Of a DNA stretch of 41,740 nucleotides, positions 18,115 to 27,455 are shown piece by piece. The notes beneath the pieces were generated by a model, which worked only from the letters and a program-made list of their open reading frames with translations, had not been told where the DNA came from and searched no databases. The stretch covers positions 1 to 41,740 of the forward strand of contig DATFIF010000068.1 of the NCBI GenBank assembly GCA_035270405.1, in the 5' to 3' direction. The position numbers and the translations under genes are program-made. Numbering within the stretch: position 1 is the first letter of the stretch; each line of letters opens with the position of its first letter. Origin of the DNA: Paludibacteraceae bacterium (GTDB taxonomy: Bacteria > Bacteroidota > Bacteroidia > Bacteroidales > Paludibacteraceae).

Positions 18115-18612
18115 ATGAAACGCATTGGAGTTTTATCTGACACGCACGCATTTCTCGATGAGCGCATTTTTGAACACTTTAAGGAGTGCGACGAGATTTG
18201 GCACGCAGGAGATATTGGCTCAACAGCAGTAATTGAAAAATTGGCGAAGTTTAAACCTCTTCGCGCTGTGTATGGTAATGTGGATGGTGGTTCTGTACGT
18301 ATAAATTATCCAGAATTTTTGAGCTTCAAATGTGAAGAAGTTTCCGTTTTACTCACACATATTGGTGGCTATCCAGGGCGTTATATACCTGAAGCAAAGC
18401 AAAAAATCATAGAATGTCGTCCTAATCTATTTGTTTGTGGCCATTCACATATTCTAAAAGTTCAATTTGACAAGACTTTCGATATGCTTTGTATCAATCC
18501 TGGTGCTGCAGGTTTAGAAGGTTTTCACCAAGTGCGTACACTACTGCGATTTGAGATTGATGGGAAGGAGATTCAAAACTTAGAAGTAATAGAAATGCCC
18601 AAACATCACTGA
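18115..18612 (+). CDS. YfcE/MJ0936-family metallophosphoesterase
   Basis: 165 aa. Calcineurin-like motifs SDTH, GD, GNVD, THIGG and GHSH in canonical order. Confidence 0.85.
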   Translation: MKRIGVLSDTHAFLDERIFEHFKECDEIWHAGDIGSTAVIEKLAKFKPLRAVYGNVDGGSVRINYPEFLSFKCEEVSVLLTHIGGYPGRYIPEAKQKIIECRPNLFVCGHSHILKVQFDKTFDMLCINPGAAGLEGFHQVRTLLRFEIDGKEIQNLEVIEMPKHH

Positions 18613-18619
18613 ATCTAAC

Positions 18620-21028
18620 GTGAAAAAACTCCTCACATATTGTTTGCTCAGTTTTTTAAGCTTCGGCATGGCGATAGCACAAGAATTCTTTGTGTTTGGT
18701 CAAATATTAGATGCAAACGACCAAGAGCCAATTCAGGCAGCGAATGTGTGGTTTAAAGGGACACAAATAGGAAGTAGTACAAATGAAGAAGGTTATTTCA
18801 TATTACGAACTTCAGAACCTCAGAAAACGGTTTGTGTATCGGTCATAGGCTACAAACGTCGGGAAATAAATGTGGGGAAAAATCCGAATCAAATGGTTAC
18901 GATTTTACTCAAAGAAGAGCGTAATATTTTAGATGAAGTCATTGTTTTACCCGGTGAAAACGAGGCTTTACCTATTTTACGTAGAGTGATAGAGTCGCGA
19001 GATAAAAATAATCCCGATAAATTCATGAATTTATCAACTCTTGAGAATCAAAAAACAAAACTATTTTTTATCAATATTAAACAGCGAGCATTGCAACGAA
19101 AAATCTTTCGTGATATGCAAAAAGGAACGATTCGAACGAGTGATTCTCTGCTTATAATACCTGTTTATCACGAAACAAAAACAGAAGAATTAACCACAAA
19201 CAGCGAGCAGCAAACTGAACGTAAGACGATTCGGAAAGACGAAAAATCGCTACAAATTATACCTGAAAATCAATTAGCCATACTTTTAGAAAATTACACA
19301 CCTCAAATTAATTTCTATAAAAATCACGTCACTGTTTTACAATCAAATTTTATTAGTCCTATCGCCAGTCAAGGCAATTTCTATTACCACTATTTTTTGA
19401 TTGATAGTTTAACAACAGCAGAGTCTAAATTGTACCAAATTCGTTTTCGTCCGAAAAATGATAAGGAATTAACGTTCAAAGGTGACATGTGGATTGACTC
19501 TACCACTTGCGCATTAACTCACATTCGTGCTACGATGCCTTCCACAGCAAACATCAATTTTATGAATAGTTTGTCGATAGAACAGACGTTTGAACAGCTC
19601 ACCAACAAGCAATTTTACTATAAAAGTCAACAGTTTGCAATGGGATTTCGCTTTGATTTAGTCAGTAATTCGATGAAAGATGGTCTGGCAACCGTATTTT
19701 ACAAAGAAATAACCTACACAGGCACACGATTTGATACAGATGAGGTAGTTCTATCAGAGAAATTTATACCGATAGAGTCTGCCAATATCGGAGAAATAAC
19801 ATTTCGTAACGCTATCGACAGTGTCAATAAATCAAAAATACAGCGCGTGGCTTACGGAATTGTAGATTTGGTTATAAATGGTTATATTCACGCTTGGAAA
19901 TTAGATGTTGGGCCAGTGGTCAATTGGATTCGTTATAATAAACTTGAAGGATTTCGCCCAACCATTGCCTTACGAACGGGGCAAAAAATGATGGATAATT
20001 TTACGGTAGGTGGATACGTTGGCTATGGATTTGGTGATAAAAAATGGAAGTATGGTGGCGAATTTCAAGCGCGATTTGGCTCGAAATACCAACATACGAT
20101 TGGTGCTTTTTACGATAATGATGTGATTCGATACGGCTATAATAACGTGTTGTTAGTAAATGAAAACATGGTTGGAAGTACAGAAAATCTACTCACAACC
20201 TTGTCGCGCGTCACCATGTATGACAACTTGGCACAGCAATACAAAGCAACACTCACGTATCGTTATGAAGAGCCCGGCATACGATTGACTACGTCGGTTA
20301 ATGGCAAAGAACTGCTGAGTAATAATGCCATGTCATTCACTCAAAATGGAACGGCTGTAGCATCAGTTAAGTCGATTTCTACGACAATTGGATTGCGCTT
20401 ATCATTTAAAGAAAACACACTTAACAACTATTTTCACCGTTATTATTTACGTAGCATCTATCCAATTATCAATTTTCAAGGGGAATATGGCTATTATGAA
20501 ACAGGGCAAAAACAAGAGCAATATGGCAAATTGCTGTTGGTCGTAAAACAAAGCGTTCCGCTTTTTTCAGGAAAATTAAAATACATGATTGAAGGAGGCT
20601 ATGTGTTTGGAGATGTTCCCTTTCCGATGTTAGAATCATTGCGAGGAACGCGTGGATTTTGGTTTCCTGAGTATGATTTTTGTTTGATGAATCAAATGGA
20701 ATTTATAACCGATGCTTACATCGCTGGAAATTTTCGCTACATCACCAATGGATGGATTTTCAACTACATTCCTTGGGTAAAAAAAGCGAACTTAAGAGAG
20801 GAATTACTATTCAAAATCGCTTATGGCGGATTGCGTGATGGACATAGTAATATCTTGCAACTACCAACCAATTCAGGTAGTATGGAAATTCCTTACATGG
20901 AAGCAGGCGTTGGTATTTCAAACATTTTAAAAATTTTCTCCGTACAATCCGTTTGGAGAATTACACATAGAAATAGTCCTAATGCTATCAATTGGGGGAT
21001 TCGTTTTAGATTTAATTTAGATTTTTAG
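18620..21028 (+). CDS. CarboxypepD_reg-like plus DUF5686-type outer-membrane protein
   Basis: 802 aa. A GTG start gives a good signal peptide (MKKLLTYCLLSFLSFGMAIAQ). N-terminal carboxypeptidase-regulatory-like fold (FGQILDANDQEPIQAANVWFKGTQIGSSTNEEGYFIL). The C-terminal half is rich in aromatic/Gly beta-strands and ends RFRFNLDF, like an OM beta-barrel. The family name is recalled, not searched. Confidence 0.65.
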   Translation: MKKLLTYCLLSFLSFGMAIAQEFFVFGQILDANDQEPIQAANVWFKGTQIGSSTNEEGYFILRTSEPQKTVCVSVIGYKRREINVGKNPNQMVTILLKEERNILDEVIVLPGENEALPILRRVIESRDKNNPDKFMNLSTLENQKTKLFFINIKQRALQRKIFRDMQKGTIRTSDSLLIIPVYHETKTEELTTNSEQQTERKTIRKDEKSLQIIPENQLAILLENYTPQINFYKNHVTVLQSNFISPIASQGNFYYHYFLIDSLTTAESKLYQIRFRPKNDKELTFKGDMWIDSTTCALTHIRATMPSTANINFMNSLSIEQTFEQLTNKQFYYKSQQFAMGFRFDLVSNSMKDGLATVFYKEITYTGTRFDTDEVVLSEKFIPIESANIGEITFRNAIDSVNKSKIQRVAYGIVDLVINGYIHAWKLDVGPVVNWIRYNKLEGFRPTIALRTGQKMMDNFTVGGYVGYGFGDKKWKYGGEFQARFGSKYQHTIGAFYDNDVIRYGYNNVLLVNENMVGSTENLLTTLSRVTMYDNLAQQYKATLTYRYEEPGIRLTTSVNGKELLSNNAMSFTQNGTAVASVKSISTTIGLRLSFKENTLNNYFHRYYLRSIYPIINFQGEYGYYETGQKQEQYGKLLLVVKQSVPLFSGKLKYMIEGGYVFGDVPFPMLESLRGTRGFWFPEYDFCLMNQMEFITDAYIAGNFRYITNGWIFNYIPWVKKANLREELLFKIAYGGLRDGHSNILQLPTNSGSMEIPYMEAGVGISNILKIFSVQSVWRITHRNSPNAINWGIRFRFNLDF

Positions 21029-21031
21029 AGT

Positions 21032-21898
21032 ATGGTACACATTGAAATAGACTCAGGTTCAGGCTTTTGTTTTGGGGTAATCAACGCCATCAAAAAAGCA
21101 GAAGAATCACTCAAGGAGGGTGCTCCATTAAAAAGCTTGGGAGATATTGTGCATAATGGACAAGAGATGAATCGCCTATCAGAGAAAGGTTTGCAATCCA
21201 TTAGTTACGATCAACTTAGCAAAATGAAGGGTTCAAAAGTACTTTTCAGAGCTCATGGCGAGTCGCCGTCGACGTATGAAATGGCTCGTCAACATGGAGT
21301 TGAAATTATTGATGCTTCGTGTCCCGTGGTATTGGTTTTACAAAAGAAAATTAAAAAAGCATACACGGAGCATCCTGAAGCACAAATTGTGATTTATGGG
21401 AAACGAGGTCATGCCGAAGTAAATGGATTAGTCGGTCAAACCAATGAAAATTGTATAGTTGTGGAAAACAAAGAACAATTAGATGCTATCGATTTTTCCA
21501 AGGATATCATCCTATTTTCACAAACCACTAAGTCGATACACGAATTCATGGATTTGGTCAAGGAGATTGAAGAACGACTAATTCCCCCTGCGCAATTTAC
21601 CTACAATGACACTATTTGTCGTCAAGTGGCTAATAGAATTCCAAATATTCATATATTTGCTAGTCGTTTCGATGTGATATTATTTGTAAGTGGTAAACAA
21701 AGTTCTAATGGGAAAGTTCTATTCAAAGAGTCTCAAACAAGGAATAAGCGTAGTTATTTCATATCAACAACAGAAGATATAACAGAAGATATGCTAAAAG
21801 GAGCCCAATCCATCGGTATTTGTGGCGCTACATCTACTCCAAAATGGCTCATGGAAAATGTCGCTAATGAGTTAAATGAACGATTAAATAATAAGTAA
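21032..21898 (+). CDS. ispH: 4-hydroxy-3-methylbut-2-enyl diphosphate reductase
   Basis: 288 aa. GFCFGV, IVHN, DASCP and SSN motifs with the three conserved Cys ligands in the expected positions. Confidence 0.93.
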   Translation: MVHIEIDSGSGFCFGVINAIKKAEESLKEGAPLKSLGDIVHNGQEMNRLSEKGLQSISYDQLSKMKGSKVLFRAHGESPSTYEMARQHGVEIIDASCPVVLVLQKKIKKAYTEHPEAQIVIYGKRGHAEVNGLVGQTNENCIVVENKEQLDAIDFSKDIILFSQTTKSIHEFMDLVKEIEERLIPPAQFTYNDTICRQVANRIPNIHIFASRFDVILFVSGKQSSNGKVLFKESQTRNKRSYFISTTEDITEDMLKGAQSIGICGATSTPKWLMENVANELNERLNNK

Positions 21899-21916
21899 TT
21901 TAAAAAAATAAAACGT

Positions 21917-22897
21917 ATGTATCAGTTAAAATGTGTAGGAATTTTAACTTCTGGAGGCGATGCCCCAGGAATGAACGCAGCTATCCGCTCGGTAACTCGT
22001 ACAGCCATTTTTAATCATATTCGTGTAAAAGCAATTTATCGAGGATTCAAAGGTTTGCTCACGGGAGAAATTAAAGAGTTTCACACAGAAGATGTAAGTA
22101 ACATCATACAACGTGGAGGCACCATTCTAAAAACTGCTCGCTGTAAAGAATTTTTAACTTCAGAAGGTCGGCAATTAGCTTATGAAACGCTCAAACGAGA
22201 AGAGATTGATGCTTTAATAGTGATCGGAGGAGATGGCACTTTTACAGGTGCGCATCTTTTTGGACAAGAATACAATATTCCGATTGTGGGTATTCCAGGA
22301 ACAATTGATAATGACTTGTGGGGAACCGACTCTACAGTTGGTTACGATACTGCTATGAATACAATCGTGGAAGCAGTTGACAAAATTAGAGATACGGCAA
22401 ACTCGCACGAACGACTTTTTTTCATCGAAGTAATGGGACGTGATGCTGGATTTCTAGCACTCAATAGCGCCTTGGCTTCAGGTGCAGAAGCTGCAATAAT
22501 TCCAGAACGATTGACGGCAGAAAATCAATTAGAAGAGTTGATTAATAATGGATTTAGAAAGTCAAAAAATAGTAGCATCGTGATTGTTGCTGAAAATCCA
22601 AGTACGGGAGGAGCACAAGGATTAGCTGAACGGATGACGCTTGAACATCCAGAATATGATGTGAGAGTGACCATTCTCGGTCACGTACAACGAGGCGGAT
22701 CGCCTAAAGCCTATGACCGTATTTTAGCTAGTCGCATGGGAGTAGCAGCGATAGATGCTCTCCTGGACGAACAGCGTAGTATTATGATTGGGATTACTAA
22801 CGATGAAATAGTGCATGTACCATTGAGTAAGGCGATAAAAGATGACAAACCATTGAATCCTAATAAACTTGATGTGCTACAAATTTTGTCAATTTAA
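21917..22897 (+). CDS. pfkA: ATP-dependent 6-phosphofructokinase
   Basis: 326 aa. [30 protein letters not shown] and HVQRGG motifs. Confidence 0.95.
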   Translation: MYQLKCVGILTSGGDAPGMNAAIRSVTRTAIFNHIRVKAIYRGFKGLLTGEIKEFHTEDVSNIIQRGGTILKTARCKEFLTSEGRQLAYETLKREEIDALIVIGGDGTFTGAHLFGQEYNIPIVGIPGTIDNDLWGTDSTVGYDTAMNTIVEAVDKIRDTANSHERLFFIEVMGRDAGFLALNSALASGAEAAIIPERLTAENQLEELINNGFRKSKNSSIVIVAENPSTGGAQGLAERMTLEHPEYDVRVTILGHVQRGGSPKAYDRILASRMGVAAIDALLDEQRSIMIGITNDEIVHVPLSKAIKDDKPLNPNKLDVLQILSI

Positions 22898-22962
22898 AGT
22901 TTGTTTTTAGAGCTAAAAAATAAAAACTAGCTGACAACTCACATAAAACCATAAAATCTAAC

Positions 22963-22970
22963 TATTTTTG
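22963..22970 (+). promoter_or_regulatory. -7 promoter box (TATTTTTG) upstream of the BNR lipoprotein/aroA/sufE block
   Basis: Exact TAnnTTTG, 38 nt upstream of the ATG at 23008. Confidence 0.45.
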
Positions 22971-23007
22971 TAGTTCATTAAACCGATATCTTTAACTTAT
23001 TATAATT

Positions 23008-24309
23008 ATGAAATTACGATTATTACCTATTCTTCTGTCAATAACTGTTGCTCTATTTGTTTCAGCTTGCACTGAGAATAAAAACGATCCTGCTACTTCG
23101 TCGACAACTAGCATTACAAAGTTTTCTTTAAAAAGTATTAAAGTACCTACTTTAAATAAAACCGTATTTACCATAGATAATGTCACTAGTACTATCTACA
23201 ATGTGGATTCACTTCCCTACTTGTCGGATATTGATTCATTAATTCCGACTATTTACGGAGCTACATTATCGTCGGTTTATATCAACGATACGTTGTTATA
23301 TTCTGGTAAAGATACCCTCGATTTCACAAAAACCGTAACTCTTAAAAGCACGGCAACTGATAAAACATCGACTCAAACATACGTTGTAAAAGTCAATGTA
23401 CATCAAGTGAATCCTGACTTGTACCTTTGGGAAGGAGTGAAATCCGAAATTTACCAAGGAGCAACTACGCAACAAAAAGCTATTCTGTTTAATAATAAAC
23501 TGACGTTATTGTTTAAAACAACAACAGATATAAAATTGTATGAAAGCTTTAATGGTGAAGCGTGGACAGAATCAGCAGTAACAGGGCTTCCTTTTGCATC
23601 TGATTTAAATGGTTTAACTGCGACTAAAGATGAAATAGTACTTCTGCATGAACAAGATCTGTACAGTAGCACTAATGGTAAGATTTGGAGTAAAAAAACA
23701 TCTTCTGCGGTACAGCTTCATCGCCTCTTATTTTATATGAATGAGAAATGCTACGCATTAGGCTCAATAGATGGAACTAACACTGTAATTTTTCAATCAG
23801 AAGACTACATCACTTGGGAAAACCTAGGCGTTATTCCTGAGAAATTTCCAATTACAGGTTTTGGTGTTTGTGTGGATGCTGCTCCATCAGGAAAAATGCG
23901 AGCGTTCTTAATAGGTGGAAAAGATAGTTCTGGAAATCTACTCAGTAGCGTTTGGAGTACTGAAAATGGTTCGTATTGGGCAAACCTTACCGCCGAAAAA
24001 GCGTGGTTTCCTGCACGAGAATATGCTTCGGTAGTACAATACGGTGAAGCATTGATGCTAATTGGAGGTAGCAATGGCACCGAAACATTAACAGATAAGC
24101 AATGGCTATCTACTGATTATGGCTTAACTTGGAAAGTGGCTAACGAACAAACTAAACTTCCGGACTTATGCATTCCACGTTTTGGACAATCAGTGCTGAT
24201 TGATCAAGAAAATTACATTTATATCGTTGGAGGTCAAACCTCCAGCACTTTTTTACGAGATGTTTGGAAAGGCCGTAAAAACAGTTCCATTCCAGGTTTT
24301 TTAAATTAA
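23008..24309 (+). CDS. Lipoprotein with N-terminal Ig-like domain and BNR/Asp-box (Kelch-like) beta-propeller; resembles the Bacteroidales DUF6242 family
   Basis: 433 aa. Lipobox LFVSAC. The region at roughly residues 35-130 looks like a beta-sandwich (ITKFSLK...YVVKVNV). It is followed by repeated S-x-[DN]-G-x-x-W units (ESFNGEAWT, SSTNGKIWS, STENGSYWA) and a canonical Asp-box STDYGLTWK. Confidence 0.6.
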   Translation: MKLRLLPILLSITVALFVSACTENKNDPATSSTTSITKFSLKSIKVPTLNKTVFTIDNVTSTIYNVDSLPYLSDIDSLIPTIYGATLSSVYINDTLLYSGKDTLDFTKTVTLKSTATDKTSTQTYVVKVNVHQVNPDLYLWEGVKSEIYQGATTQQKAILFNNKLTLLFKTTTDIKLYESFNGEAWTESAVTGLPFASDLNGLTATKDEIVLLHEQDLYSSTNGKIWSKKTSSAVQLHRLLFYMNEKCYALGSIDGTNTVIFQSEDYITWENLGVIPEKFPITGFGVCVDAAPSGKMRAFLIGGKDSSGNLLSSVWSTENGSYWANLTAEKAWFPAREYASVVQYGEALMLIGGSNGTETLTDKQWLSTDYGLTWKVANEQTKLPDLCIPRFGQSVLIDQENYIYIVGGQTSSTFLRDVWKGRKNSSIPGFLN

Positions 24310-24312
24310 TTT

Positions 24313-25521
24313 ATGCAACTTCGTCTTTCACCATCCATTCATCTAGAAGGTTCTATTGCACTACCCGCTTCTAAAAGCATAAGCAATAGAGCACTTATAA
24401 TTCGTGCGTTGAGTGAAAACAGTCACCCTATAGAAAATTTAGCTATATGTGATGATACTGAGGCTTTAGAAGAGGCGTTACGTTTAGATAAGAAGATTAT
24501 AGATATTGGCGCAGCAGGAACAGCTATGCGATTTTTAACGGCTTTTTTAGCTATCACACCAGGCACATGGACACTTACAGGTTCTGAACGTATGAAACAA
24601 CGTCCCATAGCCATTTTGGTAGATGCCTTGAAAAAGATTGGTGCAAATATCAGTTACCTTGAAAAAGAAGACTTTCCACCTCTACAAATTATAGGAAAAA
24701 GTTTACAAGGTGGAGCAATTACACTCGATGGTAGCGTTAGCAGTCAATATGTTTCAGCCTTGATGATGATTGCCCCAAAACTCGAACAAGGAGTTACAAT
24801 ACATCTAACCAAAACTAGTGTTTCAAAGCCATACATACGCATGACTCAAACCATAATGGCTCATTTTGGAGTGGCGACCAGTTTTAAAAATCAAACTATT
24901 GATATTCGACCACAAACATATAAAGCGAAACCATTTCAGGTGGAATCGGATTGGTCTGGAGCTTCCTATTGGTACGAATTCTTAGCCATTCACGGTTCAG
25001 GAAAACTCCAATTAAAAGGGCTAAAAGAGCATAGCACACAAGGCGATTCAAAAATAATCGATTTATTTGGTAGATTTGGAATTTCAACAAAATTTACGGA
25101 TGGAATGGCCGAAATTCAACTTAATGACACAAAGGTTGACCATTTTGATTATGATTTTACAAACGAACCAGATGTAGCTCAAACATTGGCAGTAACCTGT
25201 TGCATGACACAAACACCCTTTCATTTCAAAGGGTTACAAAGTTTGAAAATTAAAGAAACAAATCGCGTAACAGCTTTGATGAATGAACTGAAAAAGTGTG
25301 GATTTGAACTTATAGAACCAGCTGAAAACGAATTATCTTGGGATGGAAAATTGGTGCAACCAGAAAATGACATTGTCATCTCCACATACGACGATCATCG
25401 AATGGCAATGGCTTTTGCGCCAATAGCGCTCAAAAAAACCATTATTATAGAACATCCAGAAGTTGTAAATAAATCCTATCCTCTTTTTTGGGAAGAATTA
25501 TCACGTTTAAATAATTTATAA
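24313..25521 (+). CDS. aroA: 3-phosphoshikimate 1-carboxyvinyltransferase (EPSP synthase)
   Basis: 402 aa. LPASKSISNRALI, GAAGTAMRFL, RMKQRPI and DDHRMAMAFA motifs. Confidence 0.92.
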   Translation: MQLRLSPSIHLEGSIALPASKSISNRALIIRALSENSHPIENLAICDDTEALEEALRLDKKIIDIGAAGTAMRFLTAFLAITPGTWTLTGSERMKQRPIAILVDALKKIGANISYLEKEDFPPLQIIGKSLQGGAITLDGSVSSQYVSALMMIAPKLEQGVTIHLTKTSVSKPYIRMTQTIMAHFGVATSFKNQTIDIRPQTYKAKPFQVESDWSGASYWYEFLAIHGSGKLQLKGLKEHSTQGDSKIIDLFGRFGISTKFTDGMAEIQLNDTKVDHFDYDFTNEPDVAQTLAVTCCMTQTPFHFKGLQSLKIKETNRVTALMNELKKCGFELIEPAENELSWDGKLVQPENDIVISTYDDHRMAMAFAPIALKKTIIIEHPEVVNKSYPLFWEELSRLNNL

Positions 25522-25532
25522 ATTACAAAATA

Positions 25533-25958
25533 ATGAATTTACAAGAAAAACAAGAAAAAATAATCGATGAATTCAGCCCTTTTGATGACTGGATGGATCG
25601 CTATCAATATTTAGTAGAGTTGGGAAATGACTTAAAATCACTCCCAGAATCGGATAAAACAGACCAAAATCTTATTCAAGGTTGCCAAAGTCGTGTGTGG
25701 TTAACGGCAGAATATAAAGATGGACGCATTATCTATCACGGAGAAAGTGATGCGGTTATTGTAAAAGGTATTGTATCACTTTTAATCAATGTACTCTCGG
25801 GAAATACGCCCGATGAAATCATCAATTCTGACTTACATTTTATCGATAATATTGGTTTAAAAGAGCACTTATCACCCACACGATCGAATGGACTTTTAGC
25901 CATGGTAAAACAGATGAAACTATATGCCCTAGCATTTAAAGCGAAATACGCTAACTAA
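25533..25958 (+). CDS. sufE: SufE-family cysteine desulfuration (sulfur acceptor) protein
   Basis: 141 aa. GCQSRVWL with the acceptor Cys, SDAVIVKG and HLSPTRSNGL motifs. Confidence 0.9.
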   Translation: MNLQEKQEKIIDEFSPFDDWMDRYQYLVELGNDLKSLPESDKTDQNLIQGCQSRVWLTAEYKDGRIIYHGESDAVIVKGIVSLLINVLSGNTPDEIINSDLHFIDNIGLKEHLSPTRSNGLLAMVKQMKLYALAFKAKYAN

Positions 25959-25960
25959 AT

Positions 25961-25996
25961 AAAAAGAGTCAGAAATTTACATTTCTGACTCTTTTT
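25961..25996. terminator. Bidirectional hairpin terminator between convergent sufE and the alkaline phosphatase gene
   Basis: A 16-bp perfect inverted repeat (aaaaagagtcagaaat 25961-25976 / atttctgactcttttt 25981-25996) with a 4-nt loop. T-runs follow on both strands. Confidence 0.85.
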
Positions 25997-26015
25997 ATTT
26001 TTTCGTCGAACCTTG

Positions 26016-27083
26016 TTATTCATAACTAATTCCGAGCGCATTCAAGAGTTTATCACGAAAATCAACATTTTCCATCCATCCATTAAACTGTTCTGAACCT
26101 GGGCCAAAAGCGAATACCGGAACTGGCACTCCTGTATGATACGTACTACTAAAATTACCATCAACCTTGCCAGTCTTAAAATTACCATCCAAAATTGAAA
26201 ACCCTCCAGTTTCGTGATCGGCCGTAATGACAACCAAAGTATTACCATCTTTCATCGCAAATTCAAGTGCTTTTCCAATGGCATTATCGAAATCAATCAT
26301 CTCTTTGATAAGCTCTTTTGTATGGTTGTTGTGACCTTGATAATCGATTTGAGACCCTTCAACCATAAGAAAAAAACCTGCTGTATCTTGCAATAATAGT
26401 TGAATAGCTTTCTCTACTGAATTTGGAAGCATATCGCCGCGTTTACTCGCTACGGCCAAATCTTTTTCTTCCAAGAGAGCCAAAACTTTGCCAGATTGTA
26501 TTTTGGCTAATGCCTTTTGATTACGAACTAGTTGATAGTTTTTAGTTTCGAACTGTGCTTTTAAATCTACTTGGTCTGAACGTTTCTCAAAATCATTGCG
26601 ACCGCCACCAATAATAACATCAATATCCGCATCCAATAAATCTAACGCAATAGCTTCACTCATTTTACGGGAAACTTGATGCGCATAGAAAGCGGCTGGA
26701 GTTGCATGTGTCACCGCCACTGTAACCACAATACCTGTAGCTAAACCGTTTTTTTTAGCAAAATAAAGTGATGACTGTAAGGGCGTTACACTGTCTGGAG
26801 CAAGTCCAATCATATTATTCTTGGTTTTTGAACCTGTAGCTAAAGCCGTTCCAGCAGCAGCCGAATCTGTAATATATTTATTCGCCGAATAGGTTTTACT
26901 GTAGCCTGAAGCGGTGCATTTTTCAAGATTCAAATGCCCACCATTAGCCGTCATAGCAGCATACACTTGATTAATACCCATGCCATCGCCAATCATAAAA
27001 ATGACGTTTTTAGCTTTTGGTTGAGCAAAAACAGAAACTACGAACAAAACACTCAGCGCAGTAATAAATGATTTAAGTTTCAT
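26016..27083 (-). CDS. Alkaline phosphatase (PhoA family, short form), secreted
   Basis: 355 aa. Signal peptide, metal site IGDGMG, nucleophile motif TDSAAAGTALATG and distal DYQGH / ADHETGG motifs. Confidence 0.9.
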   Translation of the reverse strand: MKLKSFITALSVLFVVSVFAQPKAKNVIFMIGDGMGINQVYAAMTANGGHLNLEKCTASGYSKTYSANKYITDSAAAGTALATGSKTKNNMIGLAPDSVTPLQSSLYFAKKNGLATGIVVTVAVTHATPAAFYAHQVSRKMSEAIALDLLDADIDVIIGGGRNDFEKRSDQVDLKAQFETKNYQLVRNQKALAKIQSGKVLALLEEKDLAVASKRGDMLPNSVEKAIQLLLQDTAGFFLMVEGSQIDYQGHNNHTKELIKEMIDFDNAIGKALEFAMKDGNTLVVITADHETGGFSILDGNFKTGKVDGNFSSTYHTGVPVPVFAFGPGSEQFNGWMENVDFRDKLLNALGISYE

Positions 27084-27094
27084 AATAAGGTGAA

Positions 27095-27448
27095 TTATGG
27101 AATGATAATTTCTTTACTAACCGCTTCAGGTTGATTTAATTCATGCCGTATAGCGACTAATTCTTTACGAATAGAGAGCAATTTCTCTTGTATCTTTTGT
27201 TGTTTAAAAACACTGTCTTTGTTTACTTTTAGTCGCTCTTTAGCACCAGCGATGGTGAGTTTTTGAACGCGTAATAAAAAGTGAATTTGCTTAATCGTTT
27301 CTATATCATTAACGGTATAAAAACGAGTGCCTTTCGCATTTCTTTTAGGCGACAATTGGTCAAATTCATCTTCCCAAAAACGTAAGAGTGACTGATTTAC
27401 ATCAAACTGCTTAGCCACTTCAGCAATTGAATAATAAATTTTTTCCAT
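27095..27448 (-). CDS. MerR-family transcriptional regulator
   Basis: 117 aa. The N-terminal HTH_MerR (YYSIAEVAKQFDVNQSLLRFWEDEF...GTRFYTVNDIETIKQI) is followed by a coiled-coil. Confidence 0.85.
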   Translation of the reverse strand: MEKIYYSIAEVAKQFDVNQSLLRFWEDEFDQLSPKRNAKGTRFYTVNDIETIKQIHFLLRVQKLTIAGAKERLKVNKDSVFKQQKIQEKLLSIRKELVAIRHELNQPEAVSKEIIIP

Positions 27449-27455
27449 AGATGTA

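Noticed and set aside
22898-22950. A possible terminator after pfkA (agcta-N11-tagct).
   Set aside because: The stem is only 5 bp, the loop is 11 nt and no T-run follows. That is too weak to call, so termination of the pfkA transcript remains undefined.
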